Origin: Escherichia phage phiAPCEc03
DNA: 64,000 bases
Sequence record: NC_047754.1
Reading direction: 5' to 3' (one strand)
In this document: positions 1 through 10,503 of the stretch, in pieces
Layout: every line of letters starts with the position of its first letter
How positions within the stretch are numbered: position 1 is the first letter of the stretch
Program-made: the position numbers and the translations under genes
Notes under the pieces: model-generated
Databases searched by the model: none
What the model saw: the letters and a program-made list of their open reading frames with translations, nothing else
What the model was told of the DNA's origin: nothing

Positions 1-330
1 TATGAAAGTTCTGACCCGGCTATCTTTTCACTAATTAAAAACGGTGTACTGAAAACTTTTAGTATCGGATTCCGCTGCCTAGATGCAGAGTGGGATGAAG
101 CTACTGATATATTTATTATTAAAGATTTAGAACTATACGAAGTTTCGGTAGTTTCTGTACCTTGTAATCAGGACTCAACGTTCAATCTCGCTAAGAGCAT
201 GAATGGTCATGATTATACTGAATGGCGTAAATCTTTTACTGCAATAAGTTCTAAAGCTGTCCCAGCTCAAGAACGTAATCTTTCTGAACTAGAAAAACTT
301 GCGATAGCTTTAGGCTACGTTAAAGAATAA
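1..330 (+). CDS. Prohead protease, C-terminal part (5' end lies outside window)
   Basis: Open frame from position 1 to TAA at 328-330; sits directly upstream of the major capsid gene as in T5 (pb11 position). Confidence 0.55.
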   Translation, partial: YESSDPAIFSLIKNGVLKTFSIGFRCLDAEWDEATDIFIIKDLELYEVSVVSVPCNQDSTFNLAKSMNGHDYTEWRKSFTAISSKAVPAQERNLSELEKLAIALGYVKE

Positions 331-347
331 CGGAGAATTATTTAAAA

Positions 348-1721
348 ATGACTATTGATATTAATAAGCTGAAAGAAGAACTTGGTCTGGGTGATCTGGC
401 TAAATCTCTGGAAGGTCTGACCGCTGCTCAGAAAGCTCAGGAAGCTGAACGTATGCGTAAAGAGCAGGAAGAAAAAGAACTGGCTCGTATGAATGACCTG
501 GTTTCTAAAGCTGTTGGTGAAGACCGTAAGCGTCTGGAAGAGGCTCTGGATCTGGTTAAGTCTCTGGATGAGAAATCTAAGAAGAGCGCAGAACTGTTTG
601 CACAAACTGTAGAAAAACAACAGGAAACTATTGTTGGTCTTCAGGACGAAATTAAATCTCTGCTAACAGCTCGTGAAGGTCGTTCCTTTGTTGGTGATAG
701 TGTTGCTAAAGCACTGTACGGTACTCAGGAAAACTTTGAAGACGAAGTAGAAAAACTGGTTCTGTTGTCTTATGTAATGGAAAAAGGTGTATTCGAAACC
801 GAACACGGTCAAAAACACCTGAAAGCAGTGAATCAGTCCTATTCTGTAGAAGTTTCTAGTGAAAGCTATGAAACTATTTTCTCCCAGCGTATTATCCGTG
901 ACCTGCAGAAAGAGCTGGTAGTTGGCGCACTGTTCGAAGAACTGCCGATGTCTAGTAAAATTCTTACTATGTTGGTTGAGCCAGACGCTGGTAAAGCTAC
1001 TTGGGTTGCTGCTTCTACTTATGGTACTGATGCAACTACTGGTAATGAAGTTAAAGGTGCTCTTAAAGAAATCCACTTCAGTACTTACAAACTGGCTGCT
1101 AAGTCCTTCATTACTGATGAAACTGAAGAAGATGCAATCTTCTCTCTGCTGCCTCTGCTGCGTAAACGCCTGATTGAAGCACACGCTGTTTCTATCGAAG
1201 AAGCGTTTATGACTGGTGATGGTTCTGGTAAGCCGAAAGGCCTGTTGACTCTTGCTAGAGAAGATGATGCTAAAGTTGCTACTGAAGCTAAAGCTGATGG
1301 TACTGTTCTGGTAACTGCTAAAACTATCTCTAAACTGCGTCGTAAACTGGGTCGTCATGGTCTGAAACTGAGCAAACTGGTACTTATCGTATCTATGGAT
1401 GCTTACTACGATCTTCTGGAAGATGAAGAATGGCAGGATGTTGCACAGGTTGGTAACGATGCTGTTAAACTGCAAGGTCAGGTTGGTCGTATTTACGGTC
1501 TGCCGGTTGTAGTTTCTGAGTACTTCCCAGCTAAAGCTGCTTCCGCAGAGTTCGCAGTTATTGTTTATAAAGATAACTTCGTAATGCCGCGTCAGCGTGC
1601 TGTTACTGTTGAGCGTGAGCGCCAAGCTGGTAAACAGCGTGACGCATACTACGTTACCCAGCGTGTTAACCTGCAACGTTACTTTGCAAATGGCGTTGTA
1701 TCTGGTACTTACGATGCTTAA
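348..1721 (+). CDS. Major capsid protein precursor with N-terminal scaffolding (delta) domain, T5 pb8-like
   Basis: 457 aa, matching T5 pb8 size as recalled; first ~150 aa are charged and coiled-coil-like (EELGLGDLAKSLEGL...KEQEEKELARMNDL); SD GGAG upstream; strongest codon bias in the window. Confidence 0.9.
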   Translation: MTIDINKLKEELGLGDLAKSLEGLTAAQKAQEAERMRKEQEEKELARMNDLVSKAVGEDRKRLEEALDLVKSLDEKSKKSAELFAQTVEKQQETIVGLQDEIKSLLTAREGRSFVGDSVAKALYGTQENFEDEVEKLVLLSYVMEKGVFETEHGQKHLKAVNQSYSVEVSSESYETIFSQRIIRDLQKELVVGALFEELPMSSKILTMLVEPDAGKATWVAASTYGTDATTGNEVKGALKEIHFSTYKLAAKSFITDETEEDAIFSLLPLLRKRLIEAHAVSIEEAFMTGDGSGKPKGLLTLAREDDAKVATEAKADGTVLVTAKTISKLRRKLGRHGLKLSKLVLIVSMDAYYDLLEDEEWQDVAQVGNDAVKLQGQVGRIYGLPVVVSEYFPAKAASAEFAVIVYKDNFVMPRQRAVTVERERQAGKQRDAYYVTQRVNLQRYFANGVVSGTYDA

Positions 1722-1742
1722 TACAGGCTTTTCAGCCGATAA

Positions 1743-1766
1743 GGAGAGCTTCGGCTCTCCTTTTTT
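1743..1766 (+). terminator. Rho-independent terminator after capsid gene
   Basis: Hairpin GGAGAGC-TTCG-GCTCTCC followed by TTTTTT. Confidence 0.8.
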
Positions 1767-1780
1767 ATTGGGAAAAATAA

Positions 1781-2293
1781 ATGCAAATAATCACAGCTGA
1801 AGATTATAGATTATATGGCGGGTTAAAACGACCTGAACTAGAATCTGGAGTAGAGATGATGATTACTGCTGCCAATGCGCTGATTACTAGCCTTTTAGGT
1901 ATGGATGATGCTGATGCGGTAGACCAGTTAATCAATACAAAACCTACTCGTAAAAAATACTTTTTAAGTTCTCCCTCAGCTACTTCAGTAACCAAAATGA
2001 CTATTAATGATAAGGAGATAGATCCCGAACAGTATAAGTTGTACTCTGATGGGGTTATACTTCTTAAATTTAATCCTCCGGAAGGTTATATGGATGTAGA
2101 GTACACACAAGGTGGATTTAATCCAATACCTGAGGATCTCAAACTTGCAGCATGTATGCTAGTAGATCATTGGCATAAACAGGATTACCGTCAAGCTAAA
2201 ACAATTGGTGGAGAAACAGTTACTTTTAATAATACTAAGTCTGGTATTCCAGAGCATATTCGTACTATTATTGAAGTTTACAGGAGAGTATAA
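1781..2293 (+). CDS. Head-tail adaptor / connector protein (gp6-like)
   Basis: 170 aa; N-terminus ITAEDYRLYGGLKRPELESGVEMMITAANALIT resembles gp6-type head-tail connectors; position right after capsid gene. Confidence 0.5.
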   Translation: MQIITAEDYRLYGGLKRPELESGVEMMITAANALITSLLGMDDADAVDQLINTKPTRKKYFLSSPSATSVTKMTINDKEIDPEQYKLYSDGVILLKFNPPEGYMDVEYTQGGFNPIPEDLKLAACMLVDHWHKQDYRQAKTIGGETVTFNNTKSGIPEHIRTIIEVYRRV

Positions 2294-3060
2294 TGTCTCT
2301 TTCTGATTTAGCTACACAAATTATTAAGGAGCAACTAGATACTGTCGGACGTTCCGAGAACAATAAAAATACTGTTGTATACTCTGTTGAAACAGGATTA
2401 AAAGATCCTACTAGGGACGGTACTGTTGCTCAAGTATCTTTTAAGTTTTCAAAACCTGTATCACAAGATCTTCTTAATATTAGAACCGCTTCTATATTAA
2501 AAGCTGTATCCTCTAGTTTAGATCTTTCTGGAGATTTAGGTGCTCTAGAGAACTTAATACAAGCAACCGCTGGTAAAAAATCCTCAGTAGGTAAAAAACG
2601 TTCTACTGGTAGAGTGCAGGTAAATTTTGGGGATCCTAGAGACGTAGAAGATGGATATTCTGGTGCAGTAACAGGTGCTTCAGGACGTTTTGTATCAAAT
2701 AGCAATATGAAGGTTATTCTGGAGTTGGTTGCTAAAGAATACTTAATAAAGGATATGAAAAAAGCAGGAGCGCCATTAAAATTTAGAACTGGTCGCTTTG
2801 CAAACTCTTTAAAAATTAAAGATGTTATGCTTAGAGACGCAGAGACTAGTAAAGGTGCCCCAGAACTAAACGTAACATATAACTATATGACTCGTCCATA
2901 TTCTGTATTCAACCCCGCAGTATCTACATACAGAAGATTATCTCTACGACCTTATCCTGGCGCTAGAAACCCACAAAAACTTATTGGTGAGGCTATAGCA
3001 AAAGCTGCAAGAGACCTGATTCACTCCAGATATAAAATTAAGGTTAATCAAGGAACCTAA
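2293..3060 (+). CDS. Neck / head-completion protein (hypothetical)
   Basis: 255 aa ORF, start overlaps upstream stop (TAATG); function inferred from position only. Confidence 0.4.
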   Translation: MSLSDLATQIIKEQLDTVGRSENNKNTVVYSVETGLKDPTRDGTVAQVSFKFSKPVSQDLLNIRTASILKAVSSSLDLSGDLGALENLIQATAGKKSSVGKKRSTGRVQVNFGDPRDVEDGYSGAVTGASGRFVSNSNMKVILELVAKEYLIKDMKKAGAPLKFRTGRFANSLKIKDVMLRDAETSKGAPELNVTYNYMTRPYSVFNPAVSTYRRLSLRPYPGARNPQKLIGEAIAKAARDLIHSRYKIKVNQGT

Positions 3061-3063
3061 TAA

Positions 3064-3549
3064 ATGGACCATAGAACAAGTATTGCACAAGCTATGGTTG
3101 ACCGAATCTCTAAACAAATGGATGGTTCTCAACCTGACGAATATTTTAATAACCTATACGGAAACGTTTCTCGTCAAACTTATAAATTTGAGGAAATACG
3201 AGAGTTTCCTTATGTGGCAGTTCATATCGGAACTGAAACTGGGCAGTATCTTCCTTCGGGCCAACAGTGGATGTTTTTAGAACTTCCAATCCTGGTGTAC
3301 GATAAAGAGAAAACAGACATTCAAGAGCAACTTGAAAAACTCGTAGCGGATATAAAAACCGTTATTGACACAGGTGGAAATTTAGAATATACTGTTAGTA
3401 AACCTAATGGATCGACCTTCCCATGTGAGGCAACTGATATGATCATTACATCAGTTAGTACAGATGAGGGTCTACTGGCCCCATATGGTTTAGCAGAAAT
3501 AAATGTAACAGTGAGGTATCAGCCTCCACGTAGGTCACTTCGCAGATAA
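3064..3549 (+). CDS. Tail terminator / tail completion protein (T5 p142-like)
   Basis: 161 aa ORF immediately upstream of the tail tube gene; position and size agree with T5 p142 as recalled. Confidence 0.45.
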   Translation: MDHRTSIAQAMVDRISKQMDGSQPDEYFNNLYGNVSRQTYKFEEIREFPYVAVHIGTETGQYLPSGQQWMFLELPILVYDKEKTDIQEQLEKLVADIKTVIDTGGNLEYTVSKPNGSTFPCEATDMIITSVSTDEGLLAPYGLAEINVTVRYQPPRRSLRR

Positions 3550-3575
3550 GTTACAGATTAGGAGAAAATAATTAA

Positions 3576-4970
3576 ATGTCTTTACAACTATTACGTAATA
3601 CTCGAATCTTCGTGTCTACGGTTAAGACCGGTCACAATAAGACCAACACGCAAGAGATTCTAGTTCAGGATGATATTTCTTGGGGTCAGGACAGTAACTC
3701 AACAGATATTACTGTTAATGAAGCTGGTCCGCGTCCAACTCGTGGTTCTAAACGTTTTAATGACTCTTTAAACGCAGCTGAGTGGAGTTTCTCTACTTAT
3801 ATCCTGCCGTATAAAGATAAAAATACTAACAAACAAATTGTTCCTGACTATATGTTATGGCATGCACTTTCTAGTGGTAAAGCCCTTAACCTGGAAGGTG
3901 ATACAGGGGCACACAATAACGAAGCTAACTTTATGGTTAACTTCAAAGATAACTCCTATCATGAGTTAGCAATGTTACATATTTATATTCTGACTGATAA
4001 AGCATGGAGTTATATCGATTCCTGTCAGATTAATCAGGCAGAAGTTAACGTTGATATCGAAGATATTGGCCGTGTAACTTGGTCTGGTAATGGTAATCAG
4101 CTTATTCCTCTGGATAAGCAACCATTTGACCCAGATAAATTAGGTATTGATGATGAAACTTATATGACTATCCAGAGTTCTTATATTAAGAACAAACTTA
4201 CTATCCTGAAAATTAAGGATATGGATTCTGGTAAAGCATATGATATTCCTATTACTGGTGGTACTTTCACTATTAATAACAACATCACGTACCTAACCCC
4301 GAATATTATGTCCCGTGTAAATATTCCGATCGGTTCATTTACTGGTGCATTTGAACTAACTGGTTCATTAACTGCTTATCTGAATGATAAATTTCTTGGT
4401 TCTATGGAGCTGTACAAAGATCTTATCAAAACTCTGAAGGTAGTTAACCGCTTCGAAATTGCTCTAGTACTTGGTGGTGAATACAAGGAAGAACGTCCTG
4501 CGGCTATTCTGGTAGCTAAACAAGCACACGTTAATATTCCTACTATTGAAACTGATGATGTACTTGGTACTTCAGTAGAGTTTAAAGCTATTCCATCTGA
4601 TCTGGATGCTGGTGATGAAGGTTACTTAGGCTTCTCTAGTAAATATACCAAAACAACTATTAATAACTTGATTGTTAATGGTGATGGTGCTACTAATGCT
4701 GTAACCGCAATTACTGTTAAATCTGCTGGTGATGCTACTACAGTAAACAACTCGGCTACTCTTCAAATGAGTGTTGAAGTTACTCCTTCTCCCGCAAAGA
4801 ATAAGGAAGTTACTTGGGCTATCACTGCCGGTGATGCAGCTACTATCAGTGCAACCGGACTGTTGACAGCAGATGCTAGTAAAACTGGTGCAGTTACTGT
4901 GAAAGCTACTGCTAAAGATGGTTCTGGAGTTAAAGGTACTAAACAGATTACTGTAACAGCAGGTGGCTAA
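3576..4970 (+). CDS. Tail tube protein with C-terminal Ig-like domain (T5 pb6-like)
   Basis: 464 aa, matching pb6 size as recalled; C-terminus (VTAITVKSAGDATTVNNSATLQMSVEVTPSPA...VTVKATAKDGSG) is Ig/BIG2-like; SD AGGAGA upstream. Confidence 0.85.
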   Translation: MSLQLLRNTRIFVSTVKTGHNKTNTQEILVQDDISWGQDSNSTDITVNEAGPRPTRGSKRFNDSLNAAEWSFSTYILPYKDKNTNKQIVPDYMLWHALSSGKALNLEGDTGAHNNEANFMVNFKDNSYHELAMLHIYILTDKAWSYIDSCQINQAEVNVDIEDIGRVTWSGNGNQLIPLDKQPFDPDKLGIDDETYMTIQSSYIKNKLTILKIKDMDSGKAYDIPITGGTFTINNNITYLTPNIMSRVNIPIGSFTGAFELTGSLTAYLNDKFLGSMELYKDLIKTLKVVNRFEIALVLGGEYKEERPAAILVAKQAHVNIPTIETDDVLGTSVEFKAIPSDLDAGDEGYLGFSSKYTKTTINNLIVNGDGATNAVTAITVKSAGDATTVNNSATLQMSVEVTPSPAKNKEVTWAITAGDAATISATGLLTADASKTGAVTVKATAKDGSGVKGTKQITVTAGG

Positions 4971-4974
4971 TTAA

Positions 4975-5874
4975 ATGTACTACTCTCTAATGAGAGAGTC
5001 AAAAGTTATAGTTGAGTATGATGGTAGGGCATTTCATTTTGATGCCCTATCAAACTATGATATACAGACTTCCTACGAGGAATTCAAGACTCTTCGTAGG
5101 ACTGTTCATCGTAGAACTAACTATGCAGACTCTATTATAAATGCTCAAACTCCCTCTTCTATCTCTCTAGCAGTAAATTTCAGCAATACTCTTACTGAGG
5201 CTAACTTCTTTGAATGGTTAGGTTTTGATAGAAAAGGTAATACTTTCTTACTCCCACTATATAGTAATAATATTGAACCTATTATGTTCAATATCTATAT
5301 AGTAAACAAAGATAATAACTGTGTATATTTTGAAAACTGCTATGTATCTACAGTAGATTTTTCTTTAGATAAGAATATACCAATTCTTAATGTTGGTATT
5401 GAGTCTGGGAAATTCTCAGAAGTATCTACCTATAGAGAAGCCGCTTCTATTATACAGGGTGAAGTAATGTCTTACAGCCCAGTAATAGCTTCTACTAATG
5501 GCAGCATCTTACCCGGTCTTATTTCTGCCTCTTTATCTTTCCAACAGCAGTGCTCCTGGAGAGAGGATAAGAGTGTTTTTGATATAAATAAAATTTATAA
5601 TAATAAAAGAGCCTATGTAACTGAAATGAATGCTTCGGCAACCCTTTCTCTGTATTACTTAAAACGTTTTGCAGGAGATATGGTTTATAATATAGAACCG
5701 GAGATAGATGTACCTTTAACGATAAGAAATAATAATATTTCTATAGATTTTCCTTCAGCACGTATTACAAAACGCCTAGATTTCTCAGATGTGTATAGAG
5801 TTGAGTGGGATATTATACCTACTGCCTCCTCAGACCCAGTGAGAATAGATTTCTTTGGAGAAATTAAAAAATGA
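4975..5874 (+). CDS. Hypothetical tail-associated protein
   Basis: 299 aa ORF between tail tube and chaperone genes; AT-rich relative to neighbours. Confidence 0.4.
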   Translation: MYYSLMRESKVIVEYDGRAFHFDALSNYDIQTSYEEFKTLRRTVHRRTNYADSIINAQTPSSISLAVNFSNTLTEANFFEWLGFDRKGNTFLLPLYSNNIEPIMFNIYIVNKDNNCVYFENCYVSTVDFSLDKNIPILNVGIESGKFSEVSTYREAASIIQGEVMSYSPVIASTNGSILPGLISASLSFQQQCSWREDKSVFDINKIYNNKRAYVTEMNASATLSLYYLKRFAGDMVYNIEPEIDVPLTIRNNNISIDFPSARITKRLDFSDVYRVEWDIIPTASSDPVRIDFFGEIKK

Positions 5875-6275
5875 TTAATTTAAAAGATATTACTCTTGAT
5901 ACTCGTACTATTACTCTTTCCTACCCAGGTATGCCGAACTTTAAACTAGAACTTAACTATATGTCTCGTGCTACCTCTAAACGTGTTATTTCTTCTGCTA
6001 AACGCGATGAATGGGTTAACGGTACTTTGGTTCAGGTACAGGATGATGATAAGTTCATTGAAGCCTTCGTTGATGCTGCGATTAAAGGTTGGACTGGTTT
6101 GACTGTTGGTGACGTTGAAAAACTGATGCTGATTGAAACAGATGCTGATCCTGAGACTGAAGTTCCTTTTAGTCGCGATAATGCTGTAATGCTTATGCAG
6201 AACTCTTCTGCGTTTGATTCCTGGATCAACCAGACAGTGTTCCACTTAGACACTTTTCGTAGCTCAAAAGCGTAA
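5871..6275 (+). CDS. Tail assembly chaperone (G-like)
   Basis: 134 aa ORF upstream of the tape measure gene; start overlaps upstream stop (ATGA). Confidence 0.45.
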   Translation: MINLKDITLDTRTITLSYPGMPNFKLELNYMSRATSKRVISSAKRDEWVNGTLVQVQDDDKFIEAFVDAAIKGWTGLTVGDVEKLMLIETDADPETEVPFSRDNAVMLMQNSSAFDSWINQTVFHLDTFRSSKA

Positions 6276-6336
6276 AGAGTTACTAGATGCTGTTGCTGAT
6301 TTTGCAGACAAATGTATTAAAAGCTCAGCATCTAAA

Positions 6337-6705
6337 ATGACTAAACAACAATATTTAATACTTTGCGAGTCAATGGGTATAGAGCCTGATCCTAAGGCTA
6401 TGCCCGTTGAACTTGAGGATTTTCCACCTATTGTAGCTATTAGTATGAATATTTATAATAGTCTAGTTGACTGTTTCATACCTGGTGACTTCCCTATCTT
6501 TATAGGTAAAGACAAAGCTGCTTTAGGTGTTTTATTTGATATTTATGGGATTACTGATCCTATAGAAAAAGAATTTGTTCTACACATTATCAATATATTT
6601 GATGCTAAAGCTGTAGACGCTGCACGTAAACGTGCTGAGAAGCATAAGCCGCAAAACGGTAGAATACCTAACGTTAAGCCGCACGCCAGATCTCGAGCAC
6701 GGTAA
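6337..6705 (+). CDS. Tail assembly chaperone, second ORF (possible frameshift extension, frame open from 6250)
   Basis: 122 aa ORF with no SD; its frame is open back to 6250 and overlaps the end of 5871..6275 by 26 nt. Confidence 0.4.
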   Translation: MTKQQYLILCESMGIEPDPKAMPVELEDFPPIVAISMNIYNSLVDCFIPGDFPIFIGKDKAALGVLFDIYGITDPIEKEFVLHIINIFDAKAVDAARKRAEKHKPQNGRIPNVKPHARSRAR

Positions 6706-6740
6706 AAGTTTCCTCCAATGGGCGTTCCACGATGAGGCTT

Positions 6741-6771
6741 GGCTCTGGGTGATTTGCCCAGAGCCTTTTTT
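6741..6771 (+). terminator. Rho-independent terminator
   Basis: Hairpin GGCTCTGGG-TGATTTG-CCCAGAGCC followed by TTTTTT. Confidence 0.8.
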
Positions 6772-6788
6772 ATTGGGAAAAATAAAAT

Positions 6789-9700
6789 ATGACTGATAAG
6801 CTAATACGAGAATTACTAATAGACGTTAAACAGAAGGGGGCAACCCGTACTGCAAAGTCTATTGAAAACGTATCTGATGCATTAGAAAATGCTGCTGCTG
6901 CTTCCGAACTGACAAATGAACAGTTAGGTAAAATGCCCAAAACTCTATATTCCATTGAGAGGGCAGCAGATAGAGCAGCGAAAAGTCTTACTAAAATGCA
7001 AGCTAGCAGAGGTATGCTTAGTATTACTAAATCTATTAATGATATAGGAGCTAAGTTAGATGATCTCGCTATTACAATGATTGAAGTAGCAGATAAATTA
7101 GAAGTCGGATTTGATGGAGTTTCTAGATCTGTTAAAACAATGGGCAATGATGTTGCAGCTGCAACAGAGAAGGTTCAAGATAGGTTATATGATACTAATA
7201 GGGCTTTAGGAGGTACGGCTAAAGGCTTTAATGATACTACTGGTGCTGCTGGTAGAGCTTCTAGAGCTATTGGTAATACTTCTGGTTCAGCACGTGGTGC
7301 AACTCGTGATTTTGCAGCAATGGCTAAAATTGGTGGTAGTTTACCTATTATGTACGCAGCTCTTGCTTCCAATATCTTCGTTCTGCAATCCGCGTTCGAA
7401 CAACTTAAACTAGGTGATCAGTTAAATCGTCTAGAAAAATTTGGTGTTATAGTAGGTACTCAGACTGGTACTCCTGTTCAGTCTCTTGCTAGATCACTAC
7501 AAGAAGCTGCCGGGTATGCTATCTCCTTTGAAGAAGCAATGAGACAAGCATCCTCAGCGTCCGCTTATGGCTTTGATGCCGAACAACTTAATAAATTTGG
7601 TTTAGTAGCTCGTCGTGCTGCTGCTGTTCTTGGTGTTGATATGACTGATGCACTTAACCGTGTAATTAGGGGCGTATCTAAACAAGAAATCGAACTTCTG
7701 GATGAACTTGGTGTCACCATCCGTCTTAATGACGCATACGCTGATTATGTTAAACAGTTAAATGCTGCAAACACAGGTATAACATATAATGTTAATAGTC
7801 TTACCACTTTCCAGAAACAACAAGCATACGCTAACGCGGTAATTGCTGAATCTACTAAGCGGTTTGGCTACCTAGATGAAGTACTACGTGCAACTCCATG
7901 GGAGCAATTTGCTGCTAATGCAGATGCTGCACTAAGAAAAATACAACAAGCTGCTGCTAAGTATTTAGGGCCAGTAATTGATGCTATCAACACAGTATTT
8001 TATACATCTCAGGCTTCTATATCTGCTGAGGCAGCTAGAGCTCAAGAAAAAACTAATAGACAGATAGACCCTACCAACGTTGGTGCTGTTGCTTTAAGTT
8101 TAGCTGCTTCTGAAGAAGGCTATAATAAAGCTCTAGATATGTATAAGGAATCTCTTGATAAGCGTAATAAGCTAAAATCTGAGTTCGATAAACGAATGGA
8201 ACAAGCAGATTTCTATACAAAACTAGCTATACGTCAAGTTGGTGAAGGTATTCCTGTTGGTCTTGCAGCAGCAGGTGCTTCGGAGGCCAATAAGCAATTT
8301 GTAGCAGAAACTGCAGCTATGGGTTTACAAGTAACTAGACTTGGTAAAGAAGTAGAGGATTCTACTGAAAACCTCAATGCTTGGAAATCAGCGTATCAAG
8401 CTGCTGGAGCTGCTGCTGCAAAAGCTAACCCCGAGTTTCAGAAGCAAATTAATCTACAGAGAGATACTACTGATCCTGATGCTGTATACGATTTTAACTC
8501 TACTGTATTAAAAGGACTAACTGAGCAGCAGAAAGCGTACAATCAGACTAAGAAAACTGCTAGTGACTTAGCTAATGATATACAGAACGTTGCTCAGAAT
8601 ACAGATACTGCTGCTAAAACTAGTACTACGTTAGCAGATGCTATAAAAAACATAGAATCTCTATCTCTAGGTACGGGTAAAAGTGCAGATGAGTATGTTA
8701 AAAATCTTAATTTAGGCTATAATACGTTATCTGAGATGAAAACTGCTTCTCAGGCCTTGTCCGAGTATGTTAAACTAACTGGTAATGAAACTAAAAATCA
8801 GTTAGCAGTTCAACAGAAAATAGCCGATGTGTATAATCAAACTAAGGATAAGGAAAAGGCTCAGGAAGCTGGTAGACGTTTAGAGTTGCAACAGTTAGAA
8901 GAGCAAGAAGCTGCTTTACGCCGTGTTCTTCAAACAAACCAGGGAAATAAAGCTGTTGAGAAAGAAATTGAAAAAATTCAGCTGGAGAAACTTAAACTTA
9001 CCAATCAGGGTATGGAGGCCCAGAAGAAGATTAAGGATTATACAGATAAAATCCTGGGTGTAGATCGTGAGATAGCTCTTCTGAATGACCGCACTATGAC
9101 TACTACTCAATATAGATTAGCTCAGCTAAAACTAGAACTAACTATAGAGAAAGAGAAGTACGAATGGTATACAAAACAAGCGGACAAACAGAAAGAGGCA
9201 GAACAGTCTAGACGTGCTCAAGCACAAATAAGCAGAGAAATATGGGAAGCGGAGAAACAGGCAACTGCCTCACATGTATCAGCTCTCATGGATGCGCTAG
9301 AGGTCAGCCAAACGCAGAGGAATGTTACTGGTCAATCTCAAATTCTTACTGAAAGATTATCCATTCTGCAGCAACAGCTGGAGCTGTCTAAGGGCAATAC
9401 TGAGGAAGAAATTAAATATCGTAATGAGATTTATAAAACTTCGGCGGCCTTAGAGCAGCTTAGAAAACAGAGAGATATCCAGATGCAGCAACAGGTGGGA
9501 TCTTCTGTAGGTGCTGTATATACTCCTACAACTGGACTATCTGGGGAGGATAAAGATTTTGCTGATATGCAAAATAGAATGGCTTCTTATGATCAGGCAA
9601 TCTCTAAACTATCTGAATTAAATTCTGAAGCAACCGCTGTGGCTCAAAGTATGGGTAACTTAACTAACGCTATGATTCAGTTCTCTCAGGGATCCCTAGA

Positions 9701-10469
9701 TACTACCTCCTTGATTGCTTCTGGCATGCAAACTGTATCTTCTATGATTCAGTATAGTACTAGTCAACAGGTTAGTGCAATTGATCAGGCTATTGCAGCA
9801 GAACAGAAACGTGATGGTAAATCAGAAGCATCTAAAGCTAAGTTGAAGAAGTTGGAAGCTGAAAAGCTGAAGATTCAACAAGACGCAGCTAAGAAGCAGA
9901 TTATCATCCAAACTGCAGTAGCTGTAATGCAAGCGGCAACAGCTGTACCATACCCGTTCTCTATTCCTTTAATGGTTGCGGCAGGTTTAGCGGGTGCATT
10001 GGCGTTAGCACAAGCATCTTCTGCATCTGGTATGTCAAGTATTGCTGATTCTGGGGCGGATACAACTAGTTACTTAACCTTAGGAGAGCGTCAGAAGAAT
10101 ATAGATGTGTCCATGTCTGCTAATGCAGGTGAACTATCTTATATTCGTGGCGATCAAGGTATAGGTAGTGCCAACTCTTTCGTTCCTCGTGCTGAGGGTG
10201 GTAATATGTATCCAGGGGTTAGCTATCAAATGGGTGAGCATGGTACAGAAGTAGTTACCCCTATGGTTCCTATGAAAGCTACACCTAATGATGAGCTAAA
10301 AACCTCGTCTAACTCAACTTCAGGAAGACCTATCATCCTGAATATTAGTGCTATGGATGCTGCAAGTTTTAGAGAGTTTGCTTCTAGTAATAGTGGTGCT
10401 CTAAGAGACGCGGTAGAATTAGCTCTGAATGAGAACGGTGCTAGTCTGAAAACATTAGGAAATTCTTAA
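6789..10469 (+). CDS. Tail tape measure protein (T5 pb2-like)
   Basis: 1226 aa, long Ala/Gln/Glu-rich coiled-coil stretches, hydrophobic segment near residue 1050 (AVPYPFSIPLMVAAGLAGALALA); position before Dit and hub. Confidence 0.9.
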   Translation: MTDKLIRELLIDVKQKGATRTAKSIENVSDALENAAAASELTNEQLGKMPKTLYSIERAADRAAKSLTKMQASRGMLSITKSINDIGAKLDDLAITMIEVADKLEVGFDGVSRSVKTMGNDVAAATEKVQDRLYDTNRALGGTAKGFNDTTGAAGRASRAIGNTSGSARGATRDFAAMAKIGGSLPIMYAALASNIFVLQSAFEQLKLGDQLNRLEKFGVIVGTQTGTPVQSLARSLQEAAGYAISFEEAMRQASSASAYGFDAEQLNKFGLVARRAAAVLGVDMTDALNRVIRGVSKQEIELLDELGVTIRLNDAYADYVKQLNAANTGITYNVNSLTTFQKQQAYANAVIAESTKRFGYLDEVLRATPWEQFAANADAALRKIQQAAAKYLGPVIDAINTVFYTSQASISAEAARAQEKTNRQIDPTNVGAVALSLAASEEGYNKALDMYKESLDKRNKLKSEFDKRMEQADFYTKLAIRQVGEGIPVGLAAAGASEANKQFVAETAAMGLQVTRLGKEVEDSTENLNAWKSAYQAAGAAAAKANPEFQKQINLQRDTTDPDAVYDFNSTVLKGLTEQQKAYNQTKKTASDLANDIQNVAQNTDTAAKTSTTLADAIKNIESLSLGTGKSADEYVKNLNLGYNTLSEMKTASQALSEYVKLTGNETKNQLAVQQKIADVYNQTKDKEKAQEAGRRLELQQLEEQEAALRRVLQTNQGNKAVEKEIEKIQLEKLKLTNQGMEAQKKIKDYTDKILGVDREIALLNDRTMTTTQYRLAQLKLELTIEKEKYEWYTKQADKQKEAEQSRRAQAQISREIWEAEKQATASHVSALMDALEVSQTQRNVTGQSQILTERLSILQQQLELSKGNTEEEIKYRNEIYKTSAALEQLRKQRDIQMQQQVGSSVGAVYTPTTGLSGEDKDFADMQNRMASYDQAISKLSELNSEATAVAQSMGNLTNAMIQFSQGSLDTTSLIASGMQTVSSMIQYSTSQQVSAIDQAIAAEQKRDGKSEASKAKLKKLEAEKLKIQQDAAKKQIIIQTAVAVMQAATAVPYPFSIPLMVAAGLAGALALAQASSASGMSSIADSGADTTSYLTLGERQKNIDVSMSANAGELSYIRGDQGIGSANSFVPRAEGGNMYPGVSYQMGEHGTEVVTPMVPMKATPNDELKTSSNSTSGRPIILNISAMDAASFREFASSNSGALRDAVELALNENGASLKTLGNS

Positions 10470-10473
10470 AACT

Positions 10474-10503
10474 GGAGGAGGACTTTGAGTCCTCCTTTTC
10501 TTT
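10474..10503 (+). terminator. Rho-independent terminator
   Basis: Hairpin GGAGGACT-TTG-AGTCCTCC followed by TTTTCTTT. Confidence 0.75.

Noticed and set aside
663-1676. 337-aa antisense ORF inside the major capsid gene (also 342..620 and 922..1173)
   Set aside because: Entirely embedded opposite or inside a strongly supported, codon-biased capsid gene; composition is low-complexity (S/F/N-rich), typical of a shadow ORF.
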